Source: a virus (taxonomy: Duplodnaviria; Caudoviricetes). From it: a DNA stretch of 64,000 bases. This document shows positions 29,329 through 38,960 of the stretch, piece after piece. The translations under genes were made by a program, and so were the position numbers. The stretch lies in IMG/VR virus record IMGVR_UViG_2920693923_000001, positions 95,904 through 159,903 of that record, one strand, 5' to 3'. Position 1 is the stretch's first letter, and each line of letters opens with the position of its first letter. Below the pieces are notes generated by a model that worked only from the letters and a program-made list of their open reading frames with translations, did not search any database and was not told the DNA's origin.

Positions 29329-29762
29329 TTAAAGGTGATAAAATTAAACTCGTTCATAAGATGGGCGTGTTTGATAACATTGGTGAGATTTGTGAAGTAA
29401 CTGATATTCAGGAAGGTGGAGTAATTTGCTTTAAGTTTGGTGGTTGCCATCTTGGTTGTATGTCATATGACGAGTACGAGAAGTATTTTGAGAAAGTTGA
29501 GATATCTACAAAGAGGACTTGGAGTAAATGGTACTTAAATGAAATTAGGTTTACAGATATTAATGGCAAAGATGTAAGATGTAACTATCTTTATCGAACT
29601 AATGGGAAGAAAGTTCAGGTTAGAAGTGGATCATTTAAAGCAGAAGCTACCTGTTGTAAAGATGATGAATTTGAAATTGAAAAAGGTTTGAATCTTGCTA
29701 AGAAACGTCTGGTCGTAAAATACCTTGATAACCAGGTTAAGTCGATTGCAAAGGCGATGTAA
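29325..29762 (+). CDS. Hypothetical phage protein
   Basis: GGAGG RBS, ATGA overlap. Confidence 0.7.
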   Translation: MIKGDKIKLVHKMGVFDNIGEICEVTDIQEGGVICFKFGGCHLGCMSYDEYEKYFEKVEISTKRTWSKWYLNEIRFTDINGKDVRCNYLYRTNGKKVQVRSGSFKAEATCCKDDEFEIEKGLNLAKKRLVVKYLDNQVKSIAKAM

Positions 29763-29777
29763 GAGGAGAATAAATAT

Positions 29778-30107
29778 ATGAAAGTATTTGATAAAATTTT
29801 TGATGCAATTAGCAGTCTTAATAACAACATTATACATTTAATTGATTGCTATAAGAGAGAACATGATGATGTGATTGGAACATATAACAGCTACAGAGAT
29901 ATTATTCAGGAACAGGATAGAATCATACAGTCGTTACTGAAATCACAGACAACCAATAAAGATATGGAATGTATGGTGTTTGTTCCATATAGAGGTAAGC
30001 CAGTTGTAATTAAAAATGGCGAAGTAGTCAGTACAGATAATATGACTTCATTTGATGTTGATTGGGCTTACGATAGACGAACTGATGTAACTGTGAGAGG
30101 AGAATAA
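29778..30107 (+). CDS. Hypothetical phage protein
   Basis: AGGAG RBS. Confidence 0.7.
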   Translation: MKVFDKIFDAISSLNNNIIHLIDCYKREHDDVIGTYNSYRDIIQEQDRIIQSLLKSQTTNKDMECMVFVPYRGKPVVIKNGEVVSTDNMTSFDVDWAYDRRTDVTVRGE

Positions 30108-30111
30108 ATAT

Positions 30112-30444
30112 ATGGTTGGTAAAGAATTATGCAAAGTACAGTTCATGAAAGCTTTTGAAGATAGTTGTTATGATCTTGAACAGAAAAACATTATCTTAGA
30201 TTCAATCAGGGTAGCAACATTAGATGATGATAAGCATTTTAAAAAAATTATCCCATTTGATATTCAAGTAGCAGGTGAAAATGGATTTCGTATTAGACCA
30301 TGTTTTTCAAAAGGAAAGTTTCTTGTAATGTATGAATGTATGATGAAAGCATATAAGGTTACAATTCCAGCTAATGCGTTTCCTTATCATATGAATGAGA
30401 ATGGAGATTTTGAAATCTGCATTCCGAGTGAAGAGAATAAATAA
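30112..30444 (+). CDS. Hypothetical phage protein
   Basis: AGGAG RBS. Confidence 0.7.
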   Translation: MVGKELCKVQFMKAFEDSCYDLEQKNIILDSIRVATLDDDKHFKKIIPFDIQVAGENGFRIRPCFSKGKFLVMYECMMKAYKVTIPANAFPYHMNENGDFEICIPSEENK

Positions 30445-30479
30445 GTAGGAATTATCGGTTTACTTGGGAGGTGAAATAA

Positions 30480-30854
30480 ATGAGTTGTAAATATCCAGTC
30501 AATAGTAGAAGTTATAAGTTTTGTTTAGGCTGTAGCGATATAGGTTGTTGTGAAGATGCAGTTACTTCTAATATACCTATGCCAGAAGTTCAGCCACCAA
30601 AGAATGTTATTCCGTCTGCATCAGAAGCAAATAAGATGACAAATAACGCAATTGATAACCGCACTACGCAACAATTAGCAGAATTATCTAAATTAATTAG
30701 AGATGCGATTGCAGATGGCAAATTTTCAATCAGTGAAGATGGTTGTTTAAAACCTGAAACACGGACGAAATTAGAGGGACTTGGTTATAAAGTCGAGACT
30801 GGCACTCGGTACAATGAGCCATATTACAGTATTAGTTGGAGAAAAACAAAGTAA
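30480..30854 (+). CDS. Hypothetical phage protein
   Basis: GGAGGTG RBS. Confidence 0.7.
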   Translation: MSCKYPVNSRSYKFCLGCSDIGCCEDAVTSNIPMPEVQPPKNVIPSASEANKMTNNAIDNRTTQQLAELSKLIRDAIADGKFSISEDGCLKPETRTKLEGLGYKVETGTRYNEPYYSISWRKTK

Positions 30855-31093
30855 ATTTCGATTTCATTGGCTTCGCAAACCCAGTATTTACAAGGGTTTC
30901 AGAGATTAAAAAAATCAAAAATGCTCAAATCGAGTGAAAATCCATAATTTTCAATGATTTTTAGAGAATAACAAAAATGAGGTGCTGAAAACCCTTATAA
31001 ATCAAGGGTTTTGCAGTATCAATATCAAGAAACAGAGAATATAAGAATAACAAGAAATCACTGTTTCCTGTGGATTTCGAGGAGGTGAGAAAG

Positions 31094-31393
31094 ATAGAGA
31101 ATCTTATAAACTTATCAGATATTATTCTTGATAAATTAGAGAATATACATATAGATGCAAAAGGTACTATTAAAGACAAATCAGAAAGTACAAATATCGG
31201 AATTGATATTTCAAATTTAAATGATGCAAAGATAGAAATTACTTGTTGGGATGAATGGAATTCTATAACTGGAAAAATTGAGCATAAGAAAAAGGCAACA
31301 ATTAGTTTTACAGATTATGAAATGGACTATAAATTCCAAGATAAAAACAAAACTAATATATTAGAATGTTTATGGAAAGCAAGTAAAAAGTAA
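31094..31393 (+). CDS. Hypothetical phage protein, probable ATA start
   Basis: GGAGGTGA directly upstream of ATA 31094. Confidence 0.6.
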   Translation: MENLINLSDIILDKLENIHIDAKGTIKDKSESTNIGIDISNLNDAKIEITCWDEWNSITGKIEHKKKATISFTDYEMDYKFQDKNKTNILECLWKASKK

Positions 31394-31682
31394 TTAAAAT
31401 ATCTAATCAGTCTTGAACAATTCAGTTCAAAAAATTCCAAAACAAGATGTCTCGAAAATTATATAAAAATCGAGACAAAGCAAGAGAACAAATAAATGCG
31501 GAAAACATTTGTGAGGGTGGAAGAACAGCATACCCTTGGGTTTTTATACTCAAAAATCACTGTTGAAGATAGATTTTTACATAAATTTATTTTCTGTGTT
31601 CCGTCCTTTTTGGGCGTTTAGATAGATTGTTTTATTAACAATATTTACATAAATTTTTAAATTTTAAGGAGGATAAGTAATT

Positions 31683-32876
31683 TTGGCAAAGACAAAGGAA
31701 AGAAAGGCATTAAAAAAAGGTAAGGCAACATTCAATCTTATTGGTCGTGTAAAAGTAACAGATAAGACATTCAATCTTGACAATAGTTATGATTCTGGTT
31801 GGACAGATAATAGTATGTATGTAGGTGTTGATTGTGGAAACGGCAACACAGTATATGCAGAGATGAGAAGTGGTTTCTTCCCTGATAAGGATAATGTAAT
31901 TCGTGCTTACAGTAAGGATGAGAAGGACGATGCAGGAAAGAGTAAGTCAGTAGAGATTGCGTGGGAGGATCGTCTTGATGAATCCCTGTATGATAGCATT
32001 TCAGATTCTTCATTCTTAACAGTTGGTGTTGAGAAAGATGTAAAGGATAAGACTGTATATAAGAAGTTCCTCACAGCTTATGATGCAGTAGAGTATCTGA
32101 ATGAGCATCTTGAGGACGGAATGATTGTAAATGTAAAGGGTACAATCGGTTACAGTGAGTATGAAGGCAATGTTTCTACAAAGAAAGAGATTACATCTAT
32201 TGTACTTTCAAAAATTGACGATGAGGCAGATTTCAAGGCTACATTCTCACAGACAATTCTTGTTGATTCAAAGAGCATCGGAAAGAAAAATGATGATAAG
32301 GGTACTATAGAATTGGCGGCATATGTTGTTGACTATGTTGGAAAACCTAAGATTGACGGAGAGAAGATTGAAGTTAAGAAGAATGTTACATACCCTAAGA
32401 CATTTGAAATTGCTATCAATGAGAATCCAGAGATTACAGCTAAGATGCTTCAGAGATTTTTCAAACCTAAGAAGGGTAAAATTACTGAGATTACAGTTAC
32501 AGGTAATTTAGTAGAGGGTGGATCTACTGTAAATATTACAGAAGATGATATTCCTGATGATATTAAAGAACTTATTGAAATGGGACTGTATTCAGAAGAG
32601 GAAGCAGAGAAGAAGATTGCAGTAGGTAATGGCAATCGTGAGAGAAGAATGATTATTGTAAAGCCTGACATTACATATGTGGGAACTGGTGACGATAGAA
32701 AGCCTACTGTAGCATTTGAAGATGGTAAATATGATGAGGATGATCTTTATTTCTATGAGCAGGCATTACTTGATGCTGGTGCAGAACCAAGTTCAGATAA
32801 TGATACAGATTCAGAGAGTGAGGAAACTTCATCAGAAGATGATGACCTTCTTGCAATGCTTGAAGGTATGAACTAA
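31683..32876 (+). CDS. Putative phage single-stranded DNA-binding protein
   Basis: Beta-rich, very acidic C-terminal tail, first gene of the replication operon next to a Sak4-like ATPase. Confidence 0.55.
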   Translation: MAKTKERKALKKGKATFNLIGRVKVTDKTFNLDNSYDSGWTDNSMYVGVDCGNGNTVYAEMRSGFFPDKDNVIRAYSKDEKDDAGKSKSVEIAWEDRLDESLYDSISDSSFLTVGVEKDVKDKTVYKKFLTAYDAVEYLNEHLEDGMIVNVKGTIGYSEYEGNVSTKKEITSIVLSKIDDEADFKATFSQTILVDSKSIGKKNDDKGTIELAAYVVDYVGKPKIDGEKIEVKKNVTYPKTFEIAINENPEITAKMLQRFFKPKKGKITEITVTGNLVEGGSTVNITEDDIPDDIKELIEMGLYSEEEAEKKIAVGNGNRERRMIIVKPDITYVGTGDDRKPTVAFEDGKYDEDDLYFYEQALLDAGAEPSSDNDTDSESEETSSEDDDLLAMLEGMN

Positions 32877-32884
32877 AAAAATAC

Positions 32885-32917
32885 GCTTGCCCTGTTTAAT
32901 ACAGGGTGAGCATTTTA
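32885..32917 (+). terminator. Intrinsic terminator-like hairpin
   Basis: GCTTGCCCTGT / ACAGGGTGAGC followed by ATTTT. Confidence 0.6.
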
Positions 32918-32952
32918 TCAAAAGAATATATACATTTTAGGAGGACAAAAAA

Positions 32953-33933
32953 TTGGCATTTAGAAAAGCAAGAGAAGCAAAGATTGGTGGAAAATTTTTA
33001 GCATATGGTTATGAGGGTTCTGGTAAGTCATGGTTTGCTCTTACATTCCCAAAGGTTGCATGTATCGACTCAGAGACAGGTATTGCTCACTATGAAGGTA
33101 AGGATATTACATTAGCAAATGGTAAGACTTACAACAATCTTATTTTAGTAGACGACACATCAGATCTTGATGATTTAGAGGATGATATTGACGAAGCAGT
33201 AGATTCGGATGAGATTCAGACACTTGATATCGACTCAGAGACTAAGTTTTATGCAACAATGCAGGTTGGAGCTACAGAAGTTGAAGAGAAGAAAGCTCGT
33301 AGAAAGGGTGGAGATGTTGACGATACAGTAGTTTCTCAGAGACAGTGGGGACGTATCAAGATTATTAACATGAAGCTTCAGCAGGCTAAGATTGATCTCT
33401 CTGCAAAGGGTAAGCATGTTGTATCAGTTGCACAGGCAACAGAAGTGTATGAAGGAACAGGCGACAACCGTAAGTTAGTTGGCATTAAACCTGATATGCA
33501 TAAGTCAGTTAAATTTGATTATGATACAATCCTTGAGTTCTATAAGGAAGAGAATGGTGAGGATGTTCGTTATTTTGCAAAGGTCAAGAAGGACAGAACA
33601 AATGTAACTAAGGTTGGACAGATTATTGAGAATCCATCTTATGATATTTGGAAGGATTATTTTGAATCAATGCATGATCTTGAGACAAATGAGACATCAT
33701 ACAAGAATGACTTAAAGACTTCTACAGATTCTATGGTTGACAAAGCTGAGAAAGCAGAAGAGTTGGCTGCTGAATTTAAAGATGTATTAAAGTCGCTCAA
33801 GGATAATAAAGATGCTTTGCTCAAAGTAAACAAGCAGATGAAGGATAAGGATGTTTCATTAAAGAATCTTGAAATGCAGTCACCAGATACTCTTACAGAG
33901 TTAATTGATTTTGCCAAGTTACAGTTAGCCTAA
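32953..33933 (+). CDS. AAA_24/Sak4-like ATPase (recombinase)
   Basis: Walker A GYEGSGKS and IDSE motifs. Confidence 0.75.
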   Translation: MAFRKAREAKIGGKFLAYGYEGSGKSWFALTFPKVACIDSETGIAHYEGKDITLANGKTYNNLILVDDTSDLDDLEDDIDEAVDSDEIQTLDIDSETKFYATMQVGATEVEEKKARRKGGDVDDTVVSQRQWGRIKIINMKLQQAKIDLSAKGKHVVSVAQATEVYEGTGDNRKLVGIKPDMHKSVKFDYDTILEFYKEENGEDVRYFAKVKKDRTNVTKVGQIIENPSYDIWKDYFESMHDLETNETSYKNDLKTSTDSMVDKAEKAEELAAEFKDVLKSLKDNKDALLKVNKQMKDKDVSLKNLEMQSPDTLTELIDFAKLQLA

Positions 33934-33944
33934 TTAAAATTATG

Positions 33945-33976
33945 CTCCGACAGGTTAATTGCCTGTTGGAGTTTTT
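33945..33976 (+). terminator. Intrinsic terminator
   Basis: CTCCGACAGG / CCTGTTGGAG followed by TTTTT. Confidence 0.7.
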
Positions 33977-33996
33977 AAGAAAGGATGATTTGGTAA

Positions 33997-34455
33997 ATGA
34001 GAAATGTAAAAAAGAAAGATAACGAGCAGTGGATTGAACTATGTGAGTATGTAAAGAAAGAAATTCTTGAATACGATGATAATATGAAATTTCCACAGTA
34101 TCTCGCATTAAAGCTACAAGGTATTAAACGTGGCGAACATATAGCGAATAATAATCATGAAGCAAAAGCTAATTATGATGATTACACAATTTTATGTACT
34201 TTTAAGTTATGTAAGAGAAAAATTGTTACATATTTACATGAAAATGAAAAGAAAATCAAAGATGAAAAACATAAAATCAATCTTATTATGAAAATGATTG
34301 AACCTGAAATCAACGATGTATATTTGAGATTGCAGAGAGCAGAAAAAGCAAAAACAAAAGCTGAAAATGTAGAATATGAAAATCAGAACCATGATAGTGC
34401 AAGCTATGTGAAAAAGACGAAAGAAACAAGCGATAGAATGAAAAAACTTTTCTGA
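33997..34455 (+). CDS. Phage replication-associated protein (possible helicase loader)
   Basis: Position immediately upstream of the helicase. Confidence 0.55.
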   Translation: MRNVKKKDNEQWIELCEYVKKEILEYDDNMKFPQYLALKLQGIKRGEHIANNNHEAKANYDDYTILCTFKLCKRKIVTYLHENEKKIKDEKHKINLIMKMIEPEINDVYLRLQRAEKAKTKAENVEYENQNHDSASYVKKTKETSDRMKKLF

Positions 34456-34466
34456 GGAGGTATTAA

Positions 34467-35972
34467 TTGGCTACTACAAAAACAGAGAATAAAAAATTAA
34501 CGCCTTATCAAGAAGAAGTATTAAAAGCAGCAAAGCAAATCAAAGAATATAAAGTAATAGCAGAGGCTAATATAGTAGCGATTCTATATAAACAGCCTGA
34601 ATTATTTTTTGATTATACACTGGAATTAGAAGATTTTAGTGAAAATACGTGGCGTGTTTATTGGCAAATCGCTAGTGATTTACTGGTTGTTGAGAAAAAG
34701 TCTGTTTTAGATGATATGACTGTTGGTTTATATCTTGAAAAACATCCAAAACTAAAGAAGGAATATGACGACTACGGTGGTTATGAGACAATTGACAAAG
34801 CAAAAGAATATGTCAATGTCAGTAATATGGATGGGTATGTAAAAGAGCTTTACAAATGGAAAACTGTCCTGGTTATGTTAAAAAACAACTTCCCTGTATG
34901 CAATCGTATTAATGAATTTTGTGATATGTCATTGGATGAAATTTATGAAGAATATGAAGCAATGATAAATCACATTTTTGTAAATGCTGCAAGAGACGTT
35001 GAATCCTACAATGCTTGCGAAGGAATCAATCAGTTTATTGACGATTTGAATTCTGGCAAAAGCGTTGGATTGCCATTACATAATTGTGACATTCTCAATA
35101 AGGAAATAGGTGGATTCAATTGTGATGGGAATATTTATGGTCTTGGTGCTAACTCAGGTGTTGGTAAATCTACAACTGCTATGAATTATATTATTCCATC
35201 AATTCTTCATTATGATGAAAAGGTTGTATTTTTTATCAATGAGGAAGATCAGACAAAAGTTCAAAGAGAATTAGTTATATGGGTTGCTAATAATGTCTTT
35301 AAATTCGATTTACCAAAGTACAAATTGCGTGATGGTAAATTTGACGAAGAAACAATGGGACAGCTCAGAAAAGTTGCTGAATGGATTGAAGACAAAAAAG
35401 AGAAACAAAATATTACAATAGTTCCTCTTGAGAGATATTCAGTAAATATTGTAATTAAATTGATAAAAAAATATGCAAGTCTAGGTGTTAGATATTTTGT
35501 TCTTGATACTTTAAAAGAAAGTTTTGATGCAAAGACTGATGAGATATATAAGTCGATGACACGAGATATGGTTAAACTATATGACGTTGTAAAGCCAACA
35601 GCAAAAAATGTTGGGCTATTCGTAACTTATCAGCTTGGTAAGGCTAGTATCAAAATGAGATATTTAACAAATAATGAAATTGGTCTTGGTAAAAGTATTG
35701 TAGATGTTATGAGTGTAAATCTGATGATCCGTAGACCTTTTGAAGATGAATTCGAGGGTGGCAAACATGAGATTGTGGGTTATAGATTTGATGGAGTTAA
35801 TGGTAAAAGTAAAATTCCATTTAAGTTAAAACCAGATAAACATTATATGATTACTTTTATTCCTAAAAATAGGTTTGGTCAAACCGATGCTTTCCAAATT
35901 ATAAGTGAATTTGATTTTAGTACAAATACAAATAAAGATCTTGGTATTTGCAATATTGTACAGGATTGGTGA
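34467..35972 (+). CDS. dnaB: Replicative DNA helicase, DnaB-like
   Basis: GANSGVGKS Walker A, INEE, VLDTLK, KNRFG motifs. Confidence 0.85.
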   Translation: MATTKTENKKLTPYQEEVLKAAKQIKEYKVIAEANIVAILYKQPELFFDYTLELEDFSENTWRVYWQIASDLLVVEKKSVLDDMTVGLYLEKHPKLKKEYDDYGGYETIDKAKEYVNVSNMDGYVKELYKWKTVLVMLKNNFPVCNRINEFCDMSLDEIYEEYEAMINHIFVNAARDVESYNACEGINQFIDDLNSGKSVGLPLHNCDILNKEIGGFNCDGNIYGLGANSGVGKSTTAMNYIIPSILHYDEKVVFFINEEDQTKVQRELVIWVANNVFKFDLPKYKLRDGKFDEETMGQLRKVAEWIEDKKEKQNITIVPLERYSVNIVIKLIKKYASLGVRYFVLDTLKESFDAKTDEIYKSMTRDMVKLYDVVKPTAKNVGLFVTYQLGKASIKMRYLTNNEIGLGKSIVDVMSVNLMIRRPFEDEFEGGKHEIVGYRFDGVNGKSKIPFKLKPDKHYMITFIPKNRFGQTDAFQIISEFDFSTNTNKDLGICNIVQDW

Positions 35973-35977
35973 TTAAT

Positions 35978-36697
35978 ATGGCATGGAGCGTTTATATACA
36001 TATTACACCAAACAACAAATATTATGTTGGAATTACAAGTAAAGAACCTTGTGAAAGATGGAGAAATGGATTTGGATATTATTCTCAGAAATATTTCTAT
36101 AATGCAATTCAGAAATATGGATGGGATAACATCTATCATGAAATTGTTGCAAGTAATTTAACAAAAGAAGAAGCTAATAATTTTGAAAAGTTATTGATAC
36201 AAAAATTGAAATCTAACAATAGAGAATTTGGATACAATATTACAATTGGTGGCGATGGTGTTGCAGGTGTAAAGCATACGAAAGAATGGTGTGAACAACA
36301 TTCGAAAGACATTCAAGGAGAGAATAACCCTATGTATGGTAAAAAACATACAGAAGAAACATTACAGAAAATTAGTGCTTCAAGGGCAGGAAAATGCGTA
36401 GGAAAAGATAATCCTTTTTATGGGAAACATCATACACAAGAAAGCATTAAAAAACTTCTTGATAGTAGAAGTTGGTATAAACCATCAATGGATTCAATAA
36501 TAAAAACAGCGGAAAAGAATAAGAAACCTATTATTCAAATCAATAAAGATACAAATGAAATTATAAAAATATTCCCATCAACAAAAGATGCAGCAATAGA
36601 ACTTGGCTTGGATCGTGGAAGTATTACTAAGTGTTGTCAACATAAAAGAAAGACTGTTGGTGGTTATATATGGGAATATAAGAAGAATGTTTCATAA
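35978..36697 (+). CDS. Free-standing GIY-YIG homing endonuclease with NUMOD3/NUMOD1 motifs
   Basis: VYIH...YYVGIT, GYNITIGG, NPMYGKKHTEE repeats, C-terminal SITKCC...TVGGYIW. Confidence 0.88.
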   Translation: MAWSVYIHITPNNKYYVGITSKEPCERWRNGFGYYSQKYFYNAIQKYGWDNIYHEIVASNLTKEEANNFEKLLIQKLKSNNREFGYNITIGGDGVAGVKHTKEWCEQHSKDIQGENNPMYGKKHTEETLQKISASRAGKCVGKDNPFYGKHHTQESIKKLLDSRSWYKPSMDSIIKTAEKNKKPIIQINKDTNEIIKIFPSTKDAAIELGLDRGSITKCCQHKRKTVGGYIWEYKKNVS

Positions 36698-36723
36698 TTT
36701 TGTAATGGAGGCGGTGAGCGTGT

Positions 36724-37800
36724 ATTAATGCAGATGAACTAAAAGAATACATTATAGAGAATAATTGTATAGAACAGATTTTATTATCGTTGGAATGTCA
36801 TGGACTACACGAATATCCTACTGAATGGAGAGCCGCCTTACCACAAGGCAATAATAAAACTGCTATATGTGTAAAGAAAGATACATTATCAGTGGCGATT
36901 AGAAGTTCGGAAGAAAATAGGCGTGGAGATATTTTTACATTGGTTATGACAATAAAGGGTATATCTTTTGGGAAAGCTAATAAATATCTCCACAATATTT
37001 TAGGTTTGAAATATTCATATAGCAAGAGTGACAACAAAGATAATAAGAAAGATCCATTAGCAATCTTCAAAAAGGTGAAACGCCAAAGATACACAATTGA
37101 TAAAGATGTTCCAGTGTATGATGATTCATGTATGAAAGAATATACTGATTTACCATATATTGATTGGGTTCGTGAAGGCGTTATGCCTTTTGCATGTAAA
37201 AGATTTAACATTGGATATTCATATGATAGAAAACGAATTGTTATTCCTGAACGAAAGTGGGATGGAGATGACAATGAATATATAGGTATCAGTGGGAGAA
37301 CTACTGTACCGAATTATGAGATGTTTGATATTCCGAAGTTTTTTAAATTATCAAAAACATATCCAAAAGGAATAAATGTATATGGGTTAAATGAGAATTA
37401 TCAAACAATTCAAGAGGCTGGTTATGCAGTCGTTTTGGAAGCGCAGAAATCGGTGCTTAAAAGGTATTCACGAAAAGATGGTACGGCTGTTGCAATAGGA
37501 AATTGTGAGCTTACAGAAGAACAAGTTAGGATACTGATTAGTTTAAATGTAGAAATTGTAGTGGCTTTAGATGAAGGAATTGATATAAACCATATTAGGC
37601 AGGAATGTGATAAATTTTATCCTATTAGAAAAGTAAGTTACATATATGATCGTTGGGATTTGATTAAGAAAGGTAGCAAAGACAGTCCTGCTGATATGCC
37701 AAATAAAGTATACAACTTCCTTCTCAAGCATCGTGTTTTATATGATGAGTCAGAAAGGAGAAAGTTAAGAGATTGGCAAGAAAGACAAGTAAAGAATTAA
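36724..37800 (+). CDS. Phage DNA primase (TOPRIM), probable ATT start
   Basis: GISGR, YGLNEN, VLEAQKS, VALDEG, KDSPAD; frame open back to ATT 36724 behind GGAGGCGGTGA. Confidence 0.8.
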   Translation: MNADELKEYIIENNCIEQILLSLECHGLHEYPTEWRAALPQGNNKTAICVKKDTLSVAIRSSEENRRGDIFTLVMTIKGISFGKANKYLHNILGLKYSYSKSDNKDNKKDPLAIFKKVKRQRYTIDKDVPVYDDSCMKEYTDLPYIDWVREGVMPFACKRFNIGYSYDRKRIVIPERKWDGDDNEYIGISGRTTVPNYEMFDIPKFFKLSKTYPKGINVYGLNENYQTIQEAGYAVVLEAQKSVLKRYSRKDGTAVAIGNCELTEEQVRILISLNVEIVVALDEGIDINHIRQECDKFYPIRKVSYIYDRWDLIKKGSKDSPADMPNKVYNFLLKHRVLYDESERRKLRDWQERQVKN

Positions 37801-38942
37801 CAGAAATTTGTAACAAATTTGGTGTTGATACATTATGGTCATGGTCAAGGTATCATTGTTACAAACAAGATAGATGGGAATATTTTTTGAAATACATCCT
37901 ACACAAGAAAGAAGATAGAACAAATAGTATTTATTGTGTATCTGGTGGTAATGTACATGATATTATTGAGCAGCTATATACTGGCAAAATTAAATATGAG
38001 GATATGCCAGATTTATATGAAGATAGCTTATTTACAATGAATTGTGCAGAACTCAAATACAATCGCAGTGATTCTGATAAAAATGATGCAATAGCAAATA
38101 GATATGAAAATTGCATTAGACATTTCTTTAAAAATCATAATCTGATTACTTTTCCACATAAAGTTGAGCATTTTATTACGATTAAAATTTCTGATGATAT
38201 TTATATGCAAGGATATATTGATATGCTTTATGTCGAGTCATATAAAGACGAAAATGGCAATGAGAAAAAACGTGTACATATTGTAGATTGGAAGACATCT
38301 ACACGTTATCAAGGCGCAAAAATTGACGCTGAATGTGGTCAGTTGGTTATTTATGCTGAAGGTATTAGACAAGCATTAAATATTCCATTGGAAGATATTG
38401 TATGCGAATGGAATTTCTTAAAATATGTCACAGTTACTATTGAACAGAAAAATGGTAAGAAAAAAGATAGATATATAGAAAGAAATTCTATAGGGGGAAG
38501 CCTTATTAATACGGCAAAGATGTGGCTGAAAAATTTCGGATATGAAGATGATATTGATAAATATGTTGATGAGATGGTGTTAAACAACAATATTGATTGC
38601 TTACCAGATGAGGTTAGAGAAAAATTTGAAATCCATGATTGTTATGTACAAGTACCTCTAACAGAAGAAAAGATTAACGATTTAAAAGAAGACATTATCA
38701 ATACAGTCGAAGAAATTAATTCTAAAGAGAGAGAATATAAGAATAGTGAAGATGAAAATGTCTTTTGGCAAGAAGTGACAAATGCCGATGAATTTAGATT
38801 AGCAACCCTCTCAGGATATTCTAGGGTATTACATAAACCGTATGACCAGTATTTAAAAGAGAAGGAATTGTTCAAAGAAGAAGCTGAATCTGATTCCGAT
38901 ACAGAAGAAGATGATTTATTAGCATTTGTGAATAGTTTATAG
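37773..38942 (+). CDS. PD-(D/E)XK nuclease (RecB/Cas4-like)
   Basis: SWSR, GGNVH, GYID, VDWKTS, QLVIYA motifs. Confidence 0.8.
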   Translation: MARKTSKELTEICNKFGVDTLWSWSRYHCYKQDRWEYFLKYILHKKEDRTNSIYCVSGGNVHDIIEQLYTGKIKYEDMPDLYEDSLFTMNCAELKYNRSDSDKNDAIANRYENCIRHFFKNHNLITFPHKVEHFITIKISDDIYMQGYIDMLYVESYKDENGNEKKRVHIVDWKTSTRYQGAKIDAECGQLVIYAEGIRQALNIPLEDIVCEWNFLKYVTVTIEQKNGKKKDRYIERNSIGGSLINTAKMWLKNFGYEDDIDKYVDEMVLNNNIDCLPDEVREKFEIHDCYVQVPLTEEKINDLKEDIINTVEEINSKEREYKNSEDENVFWQEVTNADEFRLATLSGYSRVLHKPYDQYLKEKELFKEEAESDSDTEEDDLLAFVNSL

Positions 38943-38960
38943 ATATAGGTAGGTGAGAAG

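Noticed and set aside
37773-38942. Cas4-like nuclease as evidence of a CRISPR system
   Set aside because: There is no array or other cas gene, and it sits within the replication operon.
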